Part shown: positions 47,270 to 59,547 of the stretch, one piece after another | Numbering within the stretch: position 1 is the stretch's first letter | Layout: every line of letters begins with the position of its first letter | From: Squalus acanthias | Lineage: Eukaryota | Direction of reading: 5' to 3' | DNA length: 64,000 bases | Assembly (NCBI GenBank): GCA_030390025.1 | Contig: CM059431.1 | Coordinates: forward strand, 157,172,001-157,236,000 | The notes under the pieces: generated by a model | What the model saw: the letters and a program-made list of their open reading frames with translations, nothing else | Databases searched by the model: none | What the model was told of the DNA's origin: nothing | Translations under genes and position numbers: made by a program

Positions 47270-48025
47270 ATGCAAAGCGTCAGAGTAATCTGGGCTCTTT
47301 AGCCCACAACGGACAGATTATCCTAATACAATTGGGACTGTAGAGCCTGAGCGTACGTTGGACAATGCAGAGGATCATAGTCTCTGGCCTATTTCATCGG
47401 TAGATTGTTTGATTGCCGTAGGTTATGTAGAGGACCAGGGTAGCTGCAGAGGGTCAGAGTACCCAGCAATTATGAACCTGAAGAGCAACAGATCCGTCAT
47501 CTACAGAGAATCACTGTGCCCTGGGCTCCCGGGAAGTTAGAGGGACTATTTATCCTGTAGAGGTTCAAAATACCAGCGGCTATTGGGACTGTAGAAGCTC
47601 AGAGTAGCTTGTGCCATAGGGCTGCTAGGGGATAAGTGTACCCTGGGCAATCGAGCCTGCAGAGGCACAAAGTACCATGGGGTATTTTGTGTGTAGAGTT
47701 TGCGAGGAACCTGGGCTATGTAGAGGGTCGGATTTGCCTGGGCTATGCAAAGGTTCAAAGTGCCCTGGGCTAGGCAGAGGAACAGATTACATCGGCTATT
47801 GAGTTTGTAGAGGGTCAGAGTACCATGGGCAATATAGAGTGTCAGATGCCATGGAATCATGGGTCTGTAGAGGTTTGGAATATCTGTGCTATTGGACCCA
47901 CATAGTATCAGAGTCCCCTGGGCTATTGACCATGCAGTGGGTCCAAATGACCTGCGCTATTGGTCCTACAGCGGCTTAGAGTAACCCGAGCTATTGAGCC
48001 TACAGAGGATACGAGTACCCTGGAC
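47270..48025. repeat. Degenerate ~34-bp minisatellite, paralog of 3560-4935
   Basis: Same CAGAGTACC/GGGCTATTG motifs at the same position relative to the NLR 3' end. Confidence 0.8.
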
Positions 48026-48484
48026 GATGCAACGTTAGTTGGTAACCACGTGGGAGAGGCACCAGTGTTTCCAGGTGCGCCCCTTTTATAGAGGAGCTAT
48101 CAATCAGCCATGCCTCCCTCGCCTGATCCCTATCTCGTGGCCACTGCTTAAAACTGCAATTGAGTTGCTGTCATTCCGGAATCCATCGGCTCGAATTTAC
48201 TCTCCCTGACAGAAAATGCCGTGTAGTCTAACACTAATGAAGAGTGGGAAGAGGGACTGCACGTGTTTCAGCTTCAGTTGGATCTGGGCCATTTGGTGAT
48301 AGACTGATCTTCTGAGTGAAGGGGAGGAAACTTCGTAAAGTTGTATATGTATACATTTTGTCCCACTTTTGGTGAGTGTCCATCTTTCCAGAGACTTCAG
48401 GACATTTTCGACGCCGGTTCTCCAGTATACTGTCCAGCACATCGGCAAAACTCCCCAGCTCTTCTTTAAAAATTTTGCCATTGG

Positions 48485-48685
48485 ATCATTTAAATCCAGC
48501 TGAGAAGGGAGACCTGGCCTCGATTCAATGTCTTATCCAAAAGATGGCACTTCAGACAGTGAAACGCTCCCTTAGTACTGCGCAGAAGTGTCAGCAAATA
48601 TACATAGTATTCCGTCGGTAACCTTATCACCAACTTGCCACAATATTACCGAGGAGAACTCGCCTCTGAGTCACTACTACAATTG
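48485..48685 (-). mobile_element. Decayed SINE fragment
   Basis: AATGTCTTATCCAAAAGATGGCACTTCAGACAGTG...CTCCCTTAGTACTGC...GTGTCAGC resembles the reverse of a tRNA-derived vertebrate SINE body. This is recognition from memory only. Confidence 0.5.
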
Positions 48686-49479
48686 AACAAACAGAGGTAC
48701 AGCCCGTATCTACTAGACACTTCGTGTAACTCAGGAAGACGCTCCACCTGTGACTCCTGTTTCTCTCTGTCAGACTTGCAGGATGTCGGCAAAATCCGTT
48801 TAATTACACTTTATTTGTGCCCTGAGCTGTCCAGCACTGGCTATTGAATGACCACATTCTGAACAGTGCAATCCACAATCCCTTTCTACCTTGCATAAAT
48901 ACATCAGTGCACGCACATGTAATTCAGTCTCCATTGCGTTTATTTTATTATTATTTCAATAATTCGTGTATTAGATGTTTTGTAATATATAAAAAATTCT
49001 TATGTCTCTATGCAGATATATTATACATTCTGATGTCCACATTTCTAATTGACGCTGTGGATCTAGTTCTTAAGCTTTAATTACACCCTCTGCTCACTGG
49101 TGGCACTGCAGCGCCTCCCGATTACATTGTCCAACGACTTGCAGAGAAATCCCATTGGCATCAGCGAACTCTATCTCTCCGCAAGCTAAATTACATATAG
49201 TTTTGTATTTATGTATCAAATATAATATCAAATCAAAATATTAATATACAAATAAGGAGAGAATGCACGCCTTTAAATTTAGGACTGAATTAAATCTGTC
49301 CGCCCCTGGTGATAGCTCCTGATCACTTCAGGAAATCGACTTCACGGCAACATTCTTGCCTCTGAGTCACAAGGTGCAGGTTTCCATCACCAATCGCAGC
49401 GAGCTGAGACCTGAGCTCGGCTCTGAATTCTTTGATAACATCCAGCGGGATTCTCCTCATTGAACAGCTGCATCATTAC

Positions 49480-49870
49480 CGGCACCTGCTGTCGTAAGAA
49501 ATGGTAGCAGTGGCTATGATCTAAAATTGTTGAACTCAGTTTTGAGTCCGGAAGGTGGCAAAGTTCCTAATCAAAATATGATGTGCTATTCCTCGAGCTG
49601 CAATTGAGCTTCATTGCCCGAGTACAAAGAGGTCACAGTGGGATGGAGAATTAAAATGCACAGCGACCGGAAGCTCAGCGTCACACTTGCAGAGTGAACA
49701 GGTGTGTTCGTCAAAGCGATTACTGACCCTGCACCTGGTCTCGCCACTGTAGCGGAGACTGCAATCTCAACAGCGAATACAGTGTAAGGCAGTGAAAGAA
49801 GAACGTGTATACCGCTGTTTAAGCTAGAAGGAGTACTTGGGTCACTGGACAGTGGTAAGGGGGGAAATGC
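49480..49870 (-). mobile_element. Penelope-like GIY-YIG remnant, paralog of 5410-5835
   Basis: Collinear with 5410-5835, for example ACAGCGAATACAGT and GAGGTCACAGTGGGATG. Confidence 0.7.
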
Positions 49871-50005
49871 GTCTACTGAGCTAATTTATGTTGTTTGTTC
49901 ACTCTGGAGCATGTCCCGACAAGCTGTTCATCAATGCAACTGATTCTATAGAGTATCACCTAATTAACATATTTGCATAAAACAATCTTCATGATAAGCA
50001 ATCTT

Positions 50006-50093
50006 TTATCCTGTAATTACAGTCAAATGCCCCGATAAATTGACCGACTTCAGAATTTTCAGTCCTTCTGCAGAGAATTGATTGTTTGTCAAA
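50006..50093 (-). CDS. NLR copy B terminal exon (last LRR-like repeat and stop)
   Basis: Acceptor TTTTCAG, phase 2. Translates (S)LTNNQFSAEGLKILKSVNLSGHLTVITG*. The stop position is conserved in copy A. Confidence 0.8.
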
Positions 50094-50336
50094 CTGAAAA
50101 ATATTAAAATCACGAAAAAATAAATATCGATAAGGAGTGGATTCTTCCGCTCACTGAGTAGCGATATTATTAAATTCATTCAAAATAAATGTGTTTTCTC
50201 ATGCGAAGGAGATAAATTCTCCACAATATAATGATTTCATTTTTCCCATATCTAGTCTATTCAAATTAAAATACCGAAAATGCATTTTACATGTGAATGA
50301 ACATTTAATTAATAAATAGTTAACCTGGAAACACAC

Positions 50337-50528
50337 CTGATTTCCTTGAGATTAGCTGTACTCTGGATGAGACGGCGCAATGCCGGAACAGAATTATCAG
50401 TCAGTCTGTTGGCCTGTTCGCCATCCTGATTATCATTACTCAGATCCAGCTCCATCAGTGAACCGTTTTCACTGAGGGCAGAGACCAGATTTTCCACACA
50501 ATGATCTGTGATGTCGTTAGCTTTTAAC
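50337..50528 (-). CDS. NLR copy B LRR exon (192 bp, two repeats)
   Basis: Acceptor TTTCAG, donor GTGTGT, phase 2-2. Translates LKANDITDHCVENLVSALSENGSLMELDLSND...NRLTDNSVPALRRLIQSTANLKEI. Confidence 0.9.
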
Positions 50529-50792
50529 CTGAAATGATCGAAAATTGAACAGAAATTATATAAAACGCTCACACGTTAAAATAAACATCACTTGCTAATA
50601 ATTACTGTCAAATTCCAGAATCGAGGGAGAAACCTTTCATGATATATGCGTTTTTTTCCTGTTTATAAATTATTTCCATCTTAATTTAAATTGAAAAGTG
50701 AACTGCCTGATCATCATTCGCACTAATTTCTTTTATTATAGATAAATAACTTTCCAGTTGTAAAGTTCAATATTTTAAACATAATTACTCAC

Positions 50793-50879
50793 TCCAGTCT
50801 TTGTATTTTACAATCATTTTTCTTCAGAACGGCAGAGAGCCGTTTCACTCCCGAATCGCCCAGTTTATTCTCATTGAGT
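50793..50879 (-). CDS. NLR copy B LRR exon (87 bp)
   Basis: Acceptor TGTTTAG, donor GTGAGT, phase 2-2. Translates LNENKLGDSGVKRLSAVLKKNDCKIQRLE, a ribonuclease-inhibitor-type LRR. Confidence 0.92.
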
Positions 50880-52360
50880 CTAAACAGGAATAACCAAAAT
50901 CAATAATTAATAGGTAGCAATGCAATAAATAGGACATATTCGTAATTAAATAATGCATTTAACGTGGGACAGTTTGGGCATTCACGACGCGCATATAAGA
51001 CCCGTAATTCAAATTCAATTATTTTATTTGCATTAAATTACTTAGTTGTAGCGCATGCGTTCAAATCAGTGACGATCACAAAGTATAGTTGTTTTACCGG
51101 GAAGTTACTCTAATGCCCGTGGTCATGATTTAACCATACATTATAAAATTATAACATTTAATGTAGGCACTGAGTGGTTGGCAGATTAAATGTTTTAAAC
51201 TCGTGGTCTGTAACGAAGAGGAATCAACGAAATAAGTCTCTCACAGGACGATTCTCTTCATTAATAGGAGAATTTAGGGTCAAATTAGAGACCGTCCCTT
51301 TGATCTTGTCTCTACTTCAGAAAAGTTATCTATTTGATGCACTGAGGTTCACAAATGTCATTAAATCATGCCCATATCTATTGAAGAATCCAATGTGCAT
51401 AAGGGCAGGTGGAGTGACAAGCCCACTCACCTCTGATGATGCCTTGGCACAGCATTGCGGCTGCAGAGAGTACACAGAATTTGAGGAATCGCAGACGCAA
51501 ACTCACATTTAACTGCCCCACTTGGCATCATTGAACTCAAGAACAACATTATTGATTTGGAAAATCTGATCTGATCGAGTGATTGGAAAATTTTGAAAAA
51601 TACATTAAAAGTCGCTTGTAAATATATAGCAATGTTATTTGTTTACATTTTAAAATAAAGCAGATAATTTGTTGCTGACAATGTTCCAGTGGCACATGGT
51701 CAGTAACCAGCTGACACCGATTTAAGGTAATTGGCTAAAAAGCCAGAGGTGACATGAGGAAACACATTTATAGAGCGAGTTACTATGATCTGGAATGCTC
51801 TGCCTGAAAGGCTAGTGGAATCACATTCAATAGTAGTTTATCAAAGGGACTTGTATAAATGCTTGATGGGGGTAAATATGCAGGGCTATGTGGAAAGAGC
51901 AAGGGAGTGGGGCAAATTGGATAGCTCTTTCTAAAAACCGGCACAGGCAGGATGGGATGAACGGCTTCCTTCTATGTTGTAAGATTCTGCGAATCTGTGA
52001 AATGTATTTTTTTTCCCAACAGCGATCTAATATATCATGATAAATGGGAAGGGGAATATATCTTACTGATTAGTCCAGACTCCCCCGTGGTGCAAATAGT
52101 TCGCTTGATTTGGATGTAATGTTGACTACATCCAATCTGATCTAATTAAATGAGCATCACAGCACTTTCAGGTATTACCCAAACCGACACTCCGGTGCCG
52201 TCTCTTACGGTTCAATTTAGCACAGCAGAGAGTGGAATGAGATAATGTGCTCATTATTTGATCGAATTCAGTGAATGTTTTTACTTTTACCTAATATTAC
52301 CCCACGTGCCAGTAAAACAGCAGTTGTTGATAATGATATTTAACATATTCGGTGAATTAC

Positions 52361-54083
52361 CTGAGTATTTTACATTTGTGTAGCACAGACTTCAGCTGAT
52401 GGATGCCTTCATCTTGTATTCCACATGTACTAAGATTCAACTCTTCTATCAGTTCAACGTCCATTAGTGCGTTTGACAGAACCGCACAGTCAGAATGTTT
52501 AAGAGGACACTGTGTGAATTTCATTGTTTTCATCTGTGTTATTTCCCCCTTCATCAGTTCTATGTCTCCAAATTCAAAGCAATAATGCAATATCTGTAAG
52601 AATGTCCTTTGGCTTTGCCCATTTTCCAAGTTCTGAACACGTCTTTTGACTTGTTCTGTGAGCCAATTCGACACACACGGGAATGCATCGGAAGGAAATT
52701 CCCCCAATTGACGTTCAAGCTGATCTGTTGAACTCCGTGAGGAGAGACCGACAAGAAAGCGTGAAAAAATATTGAATCTCTCGTCAGTGCACGTGTAACC
52801 GTCATTGAGCAATCGTGTCAGTCCATTTCCTGGTGTGCTTACACTTTTCATAAGTGCAGCGACAAAGTCCTGCACCACGGAATGAGTGAATGTGTAGACA
52901 ACACTACACAGATCTTCGTCGCGAATTTCCATCATAAACGCAGAGATTACATTGGAAAGTTCGTGTCTGTGGGGATTTAATTGTTCGGTTTTTAACACAA
53001 CGGTTTTCTTGCAAATACCCTCGTAGGCCAAAGTGCCGAGTTTCTGCAACATATCGCGAGATTTTTCAGCGTTACAGCCGCATTTCTCTAAGAGATATGT
53101 GACGTACGCGGAGAACACCCGTGTGCTTGTTGTGACGGACAATGGTCTCTCCCGCGCTCCTTGTGACCGGTGTGACTCTAATAATGAAGCGAGGACTGAA
53201 CAGTACAGAGGATTATAGCACATGGTGTACAATCTCTCATTCTGCTCAATGTACTCGATTACATCTGTCGCAAACTGCTCATCTCCAAAGTAACGGCGAA
53301 AATATTGTTTTATTTTCTCAGAGGTGAAACCTAGGATTTCGAGCGTTTGATTTATGTTTGCCTTTCCCAGAGACAGCAGATTCCACGGCCGGCTTGTGAT
53401 CAGTACTGAACAGCCTTTCAGTAACTCTCCCTGAATGAGGCAGCGCACGATGTCTGACACCGAACAGCAGCATTCGGAATCGAAACACTGATTTTGGGGA
53501 TCGTTGTTTCTCTCAATATCGGTGAAATCGATGGTTTGGTCAAATTGGTCTAAATCTTCAAATATAAACATTATGTTTCCGGGTTCTTCCCACAGATGAT
53601 CCAACGCATTTTCGAAGTAAGGGTAAGAATCCAGGATCAGAGCAGTTAGATTTGTTCTGACTTTTGTTAAATTTAATTGTGGAATCTTAAAATGAAAGAC
53701 AAATTTAAACTGTTGGTATATTTTTCCTGCGGCCCAGTCACGGATTATCTTCTGTATCATGGTGCTTTTCCCAATCCCTGTAGCTCCAATTACCACAGTT
53801 GTTCCAGAACTGTCTGCTTCAGAGAAACTGCTGCTCAATAATTGATCGAGTTGAACGTCATGTTCATTCATGACATTTTCCCGTTGTATCTCTTCGCGGT
53901 CTCTCCCCCGGGCCTTCAGTTCATTTTCTACCAATACCCGCTCACGCAGGGAAGCAACAATGCTTACGCCAGTGTAATTCTCATCGAGCGAATAGGACCT
54001 AGGCATCTCTTTCCCTCCAGTGATTGTGACTCTCAGCTTCTGATACTGTTTTCGCAGTGTGGCTTTGTGCTGAAGTTCTATCT
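52361..54083 (-). CDS. NLR copy B large exon: FISNA-like region, NACHT NTPase, HD1/WHD/HD2 and first LRRs
   Basis: Uninterrupted ORF 52357..54099. Walker A GATGIGKST, Walker B-position IMFIFEDLDQF, sensor-1 LITSRP, MCYNPLYC and WHD YTFTHSVVQDFVAA. Acceptor TTTCAAG (phase 1), donor AG|GTAATT (phase 2). Confidence 0.96.
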
Positions 54084-54925
54084 CTTGAAAATGAAGCAAT
54101 AAACAATTTTATTAGCATAGCAATTCTGACTTAGGAGAAAAATCTTTCACCAGTCAATGCAATGAAAGTAATCTAATATTCAAGAAAAATAATCCTATAA
54201 GCGTTGTGAGTAACGAGTCAACTTTTATTTATTTTACACTTTGGTGCACAGACACCATAAGAAATATAGAGTAGCCTGACGGATCATACTTTTCTGAAAT
54301 ATCAGGCAATTTTAAGAAGCAGTATTAATGATTCTGGGCCATTTACTTAGGGTTCACGAGCTTCTGTAGTAACGTTTTCAAAATTACAAAGGACATTCAT
54401 GACGAGAAATTTGCCAAGATAAATATTGGCAATTTCCATTGTAACTTTGAAAGAATTACTAGATATCTATCTGTATATCTCAATTTGAAGTTAGAATCAG
54501 AATAATAGTCACTGCCGGAATTCTTTGCTACAGCTTCATCTCCACATATGAAAACATTTATAAAATATTAAAGCAGGACACAAGCTGCGGGTTTAATGTT
54601 AACGTCGGAATCTCAGATATAGACCGGGAGAGAGATTTTAAGAGGCGTTGTGATAGAAAGGGGACAGGTTTCCTGGCAAAGGAATTAACAATCAACGGTC
54701 CATAAGATCAAGTGCGTTGTGATAGAAGGGCTGCCTGCAATTGTGGAGATACACCATTGCAGTAACATTCAGGGACAGCAGCAGAGGTAACGAGTCGGGC
54801 GAGAAATCTGCCCAGAGAAAATGGAAGGAAGCCTTGGATGGACTATCGCAACATGTTCGAGGTCCTTAATCTCAAATCTGCTTGCACCAAGAACCAGTAC
54901 AGCTCGGAGCTGATGAGCAGTGGAA

Positions 54926-55176
54926 TTTTCGCGGGCTTTTGTTTGCAGAGGCTGCTGTCGGGAGCAGAGAGAGCCGAGGCCCGGTGAGTATCTAAACTCA
55001 CTTTCGCGGGCTAATGTTTGCAGAGGCTGCTGTCGGGGGCGGAGAGAGCCGAGGCCCGGTGAGTATCTAAACTCACTTTCGCGGGCTTTTGTTTTCAGAG
55101 GCTGGTGTCGGGGGCGGAGAGAGCCGAGGCCCGGTGAGTATCTAAAATCACTTTCGCGGGCTTTTGTTTGCAGAGG
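54926..55176 (+). repeat. ~3.3 copies of a 75-bp monomer in the 5'UTR of E3
   Basis: GAGCCGAGGCCCGGTGAGTATCTAAA recurs, with GGTGAGTA at 54983, 55058 and 55133. Confidence 0.95.
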
Positions 55177-58100
55177 TTTACCAATCTCAGACCGGCGGCG
55201 GCGTTCAAGAGCCACGTTACGATTCAAAACGTGACGTGGACAGGAGGGAGCTGCTGATTGGGTGAGTACGGCAGGTTAGTATTTATATTACTTTATAGTT
55301 TGATAGTTAAGGTTCATAGTTTCTAAAGTTTCGATGATCTTAATTTTGTGATTATAATTTCTAGTGCAAGTGACCAAGGGCCCTTGAGTAATTCATTTAA
55401 TTGAGTGAAATTGGTGGTATTGATTTGATTAAATTAAAGTTCAATTAATTAAAGGGTAAGTCATGGCAGGACAGCCCCGCCCCGCGTTGTGCTCCTCCTG
55501 CTCTATGTGGGAAATCAGGGACCCTTCCGGTGTCCCTGACGACCATGTGTGCGGGAAGTGTATAAAGCTGCAGCTACTGACAGCCCGAATTGCGTCACTG
55601 GAGCTGCGGCTGAATGCATATTGGAGCATTCGCGATGCTGAGAACCTCGTGGATAGCACGTTTAGTGAGTTGGTCACACCGCAGGTGAAGTGTGTACAGG
55701 CAGGAAGGGAATGGGTGACCACCAGGCTGAGTAGGAGGTGCAGGCAGGTAGTGCAGGGGTCCACTGTGGCCATCCCCCTCTCAAACAGATATACCGCTTT
55801 GGATACTGTTGGGGGGGATGACTTAGGGGAAGGCAGCAGCAGCCAACTTCCTGGCACCATGGGCGGCTCTGCTGCAAAGGCTGGGAGGAAATAGAGTGGA
55901 AGAGCTATAGTGATAGGGGACTCAATTGTAAGGGGAATAGATAGTCGTTTCTGCGGCCACATACGAGACTCCAGGATGGTGTGTTGTCTCCCTGGTGCAA
56001 GGGTCAAGGACGTCTCGGAGCGGCTACAGAACATTTTGGAGGGGGAGGGCGAACAGCCAGCTGTCGTGGTGCACATAGGCACCAACGATATAGGTAAAAA
56101 AGGGGTTGAGGTCCTAAAAGCAGAATATAGGGAGTTAGGAGGTAAATTAAAAAATCGGACTCAAAGGTAGTAATCTCAGGATTGCTACCAGTGCCACGTG
56201 CTAGTCAGAGTAGAAATAGGAGGATATTTCAATAGAATACGTGGCAAGAGGAATGGTGCAAGGGGGAGTGATTCAAATTCCTGGGACATTGGAACAGGTT
56301 CTGGGGGAGGTGGGACCAGTACAAACCGGACGGTCTGCACCTGGGCAGTGCCGGGACCGCTGTCCTAGGGGGAGTGTTTGCTAGTGCTGTTGGGAAGAAT
56401 TTAAACTAATGTGGCAGGGGGTTTGGAACCTGAGCAGGGAGAAAGAGGAAAGCATGTCAGGAGGGACAGAAGGTATGGAGTAAAAGGTAAAGTGTTAAAT
56501 AAGGAAAAAGCAGGAAGTAAGTGTCGCAAAACACATTTGAAAGTTCATTATCTGAATGCACGTAGCATTCGTAACAAAATTGACTGGTTAACGGCACAAA
56601 TTACTATGTATGGGTATGATCTTGTGGCCATGACAGAAACATGGCTGCAGGGTGACAACGTCTGGGATTTAAATATGCCAGGGTATTTAACAATCGGGAA
56701 AGACAGGCAGGAAGGAAGGGGAGAGGGGGTGGGGGTGGCTATGTTAATAAAGGAAGGAATCACTGTAATACAGAGAAATGATATTGGGTCAAAAGATCAG
56801 GATAATGAAACAGTTTGGGTAGAGATTAGGAATAATAAGGAGAAAAAAACACGGGTGGGCATAGTATATAGGCCTCCTAATAATTGCAACTCTGTTGGAA
56901 GACGTATTAATCAGGAAATAGTTGGGGCATGTAATAAGGGAACAGTTATAATTATGGGGGATTTTAACTATCATATTAACTGGATAAATCAAATTGGGTA
57001 GGGCAGCCTTGAGGAAGAGTTTATTGAGTGTCTTAGGGATGGAATTCTTGAGCAGTATGTAACTGATCCTACAAGGGGGCAAGCAAACTTGGACCTGGTA
57101 CTGTGTAATGAGTCTGGATTAATTTATAATGTCCTAGTTAAGGATCCCCTTGGAATGAGTGACCATAACATGGTTGAATTCCATATCCAATTAGAGGGTG
57201 AGAAGGTTGGTTCTCAAACAAGCATACTGAGCTTGAATAAAGGAGACTATGATGGCATGAGAGCAGAATTGATTAAAGTGGATTGCGAAAATAGATTAAA
57301 TGGTAAGACAGTACATGAGCGGTGGTGTTCATTCAAGGAGTTATTTTACAACTTTCAAAATAAATATATTCCACTGAGGAAAAAAGGGTGTAAAAGAAAT
57401 GACAGCCATCCATGGCTAAGTAAAGAAATTAAAGAAAGTATCCAACTAAAAACAAGGACATATAAGGTAGCCAAGGTTAGTGGGAGGATAGAAGATTGGG
57501 AAGTCTTCAAAAGACAACAAAAAGAAACTAAAGGATTGATTAGGAAAGGGAAAATAGACTATGAAAATAAATTAGCAAAGAATATAAAAACAGATAGCAA
57601 GAGTTTCTATAGTTATATAAAAAGAAAAAGGGTGGTTAAGGCAAACGTAGATCCCTTAGAGGATGAGACCGGGAAATTAATGGTGGGAAACATGGAGATG
57701 GCAAAAATGCTGAACAAATATTTTGTTTCAGTCTTTACGGTAGAGGACACGAAGAATATCCCAACACTGGACAAACAGGGGGCTCTAGTGGGGGAGGAGC
57801 TAAATACGATTACAATTACTAAGGAATTGATACTCAGTAAAATAAAGGGACTCAAGGCGGATAAATCCCCTGGACCTGATGGCTTACATCCTAGGGTCTT
57901 GAGGGAAGTGGCAGTAGGAATTGTGGATGCTTTGGTAATAATCTTCCAAAACTCCCTGAACTCAGCAAAGGTCCCGGCAGATTGAAAAACTGCTAATGTA
58001 ACACCCTTATTTAAAAAGTGTTGTAGGCAGAAGGCTGGAAATTATAGACCAGTTAGCCTAACATTTGTGGTGGGTAAAATTTTGGAGTCTATTATTAAGG

Positions 58101-59547
58101 AGACAGTAACGGAACATTTAGATAAACATAATTTAATAGGACAAATTCAGCATGGCTTTATGAAGGGGAAGTCATGTCTGACAAATTTGCTGGAGTACTT
58201 TGAGGACACAACGTACAGGGTGGATAAAGGGGAACCAGTGGATGTAGTGTATTTAGACTTCCAGAAGACATTCGACAAGGTGCCACATAAAAGATTATTA
58301 CTCAAGATAAAAAATCACTGGATTGGGGGCAATATTCTGGCATGGGTGGAGGATTGGTTATCTAACAGGAAGCAGAGAGTTGGGATAAATGATTCATTCT
58401 CGGACTGGCAACCAGTAGCCAGTGGTGTTCCGCAGGGGTCGGTGCTGGATCCCCAACTCTTTATAATCTATATTAACGATTTGGAGGAGGGGACCGAGTG
58501 TAACATATCAACGTTTGCAGATGATACAAAGATGGGAGGGAAAGTAGAGAGTGAGGAGGACATAAAAAAACCTACAAGGGGATATAGACAGGCTGGGTGA
58601 GTGGGCAGAGATTTGGCAGATGCAATACAATATTGGAAAATGTGAGGTTATGCACTTTGGCAGGAAAATTCGGAGAGCAAGTTATTATCTTAATGGCGAG
58701 AAACTGGAAAGTACTGCAATACAAAGTATCTGGGGGTCTTGGTGCAAGAAAATCAAAAAGTTAGTATGCAGGTGCAGCAGGTGATCAAGAAAGCCAATGG
58801 AATGTTGGCTTTTATTGCTAGGGGGATAGAATATAAAAACAGGGAGGTATTGCTGCAGTTGTACAGGGTATTGGTGAGACCGCACCTGGAGTACTGCATA
58901 CAGTTTTGGTGTCCATACTTAAGAAAATGCATACTTTCTCTCGAGGCAGTACAAAGAATGTTCACTCGGTTACTTCCGGGGATGAGGGGGTGAACATACG
59001 AGGAGAGGTTGAGTAGATTGGGACTCTACTCATTGGAGTTCAGAAGAATGAGAGGCGATCTTCTTGAAACATATAAGATTGTGAAGGGTCTTGACCGGGT
59101 GGACGCGGTGAGGATGTTCCCAATGATGGGTGAAACTAGAACTAGGGGACATAATCTTAGAATAAGGGGCTCCTCTTTCAAAACTGAGATGAGGAGAAAC
59201 TTTTTCTCTCAGAGGGTAGTGGATCTGTGGAATTTGCTACCCCAGGAAGCTGTGGAAGCTACTTCATTAAATAAATTTAAAACAGAAATAGACCGTTTCC
59301 TAGAAGTAAAGGGAATCAGGGGTTACGGGGAGCGGGCTGGAAATTGGACATGAGTTTGAGTTCGGATCGGTCAAGGCCCTGTGGATGGCGGAGCGGGCCC
59401 AGGGGCCGAGTGGCCTGGTCCTGCTCCTGCTTCTTGTGTTCTTTAGAGTTGAGGTTGGATCAGATCAACCATGATCTCATTGAATGGCGGAGCAGGCTCG
59501 AGGGGCCGATTGGTCTACTCCTGCTCCTATTTCTTATGTTCTTATGT
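54926..59547 (+). mobile_element. Near-full-length CR1 LINE E3, antisense within the NLR-B intron (75-bp monomers, first ORF1 type, family-Z ORF2), with stops and frameshifts
   Basis: ORF1 pieces 55463..55894 and 55910..56170. ORF2 pieces span 56411..59353. Tail TTCTTATGTTCTTATGT. The 5' limit could extend to ~54770. Confidence 0.93.

Noticed and set aside
48197..48481. Overlapping minus-strand ORFs in non-repeat sequence downstream of NLR-B
   Set aside because: No recognisable domain, no convincing splice-site pair and no counterpart seen downstream of copy A.
51430..51565. Possible extra exon in the NACHT-LRR intron (CAG acceptor, GTGAGT donor; homolog at ~7400-7545)
   Set aside because: With the available acceptors it either hits a stop or ends in phase 1, incompatible with the phase-2 neighbours. 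The donor is absent in copy A. The similarity between copies is explained by the duplication.
54769..55234. 152-aa and 104-aa repetitive ORFs
   Set aside because: These are translations of the 75-bp UTR monomers.
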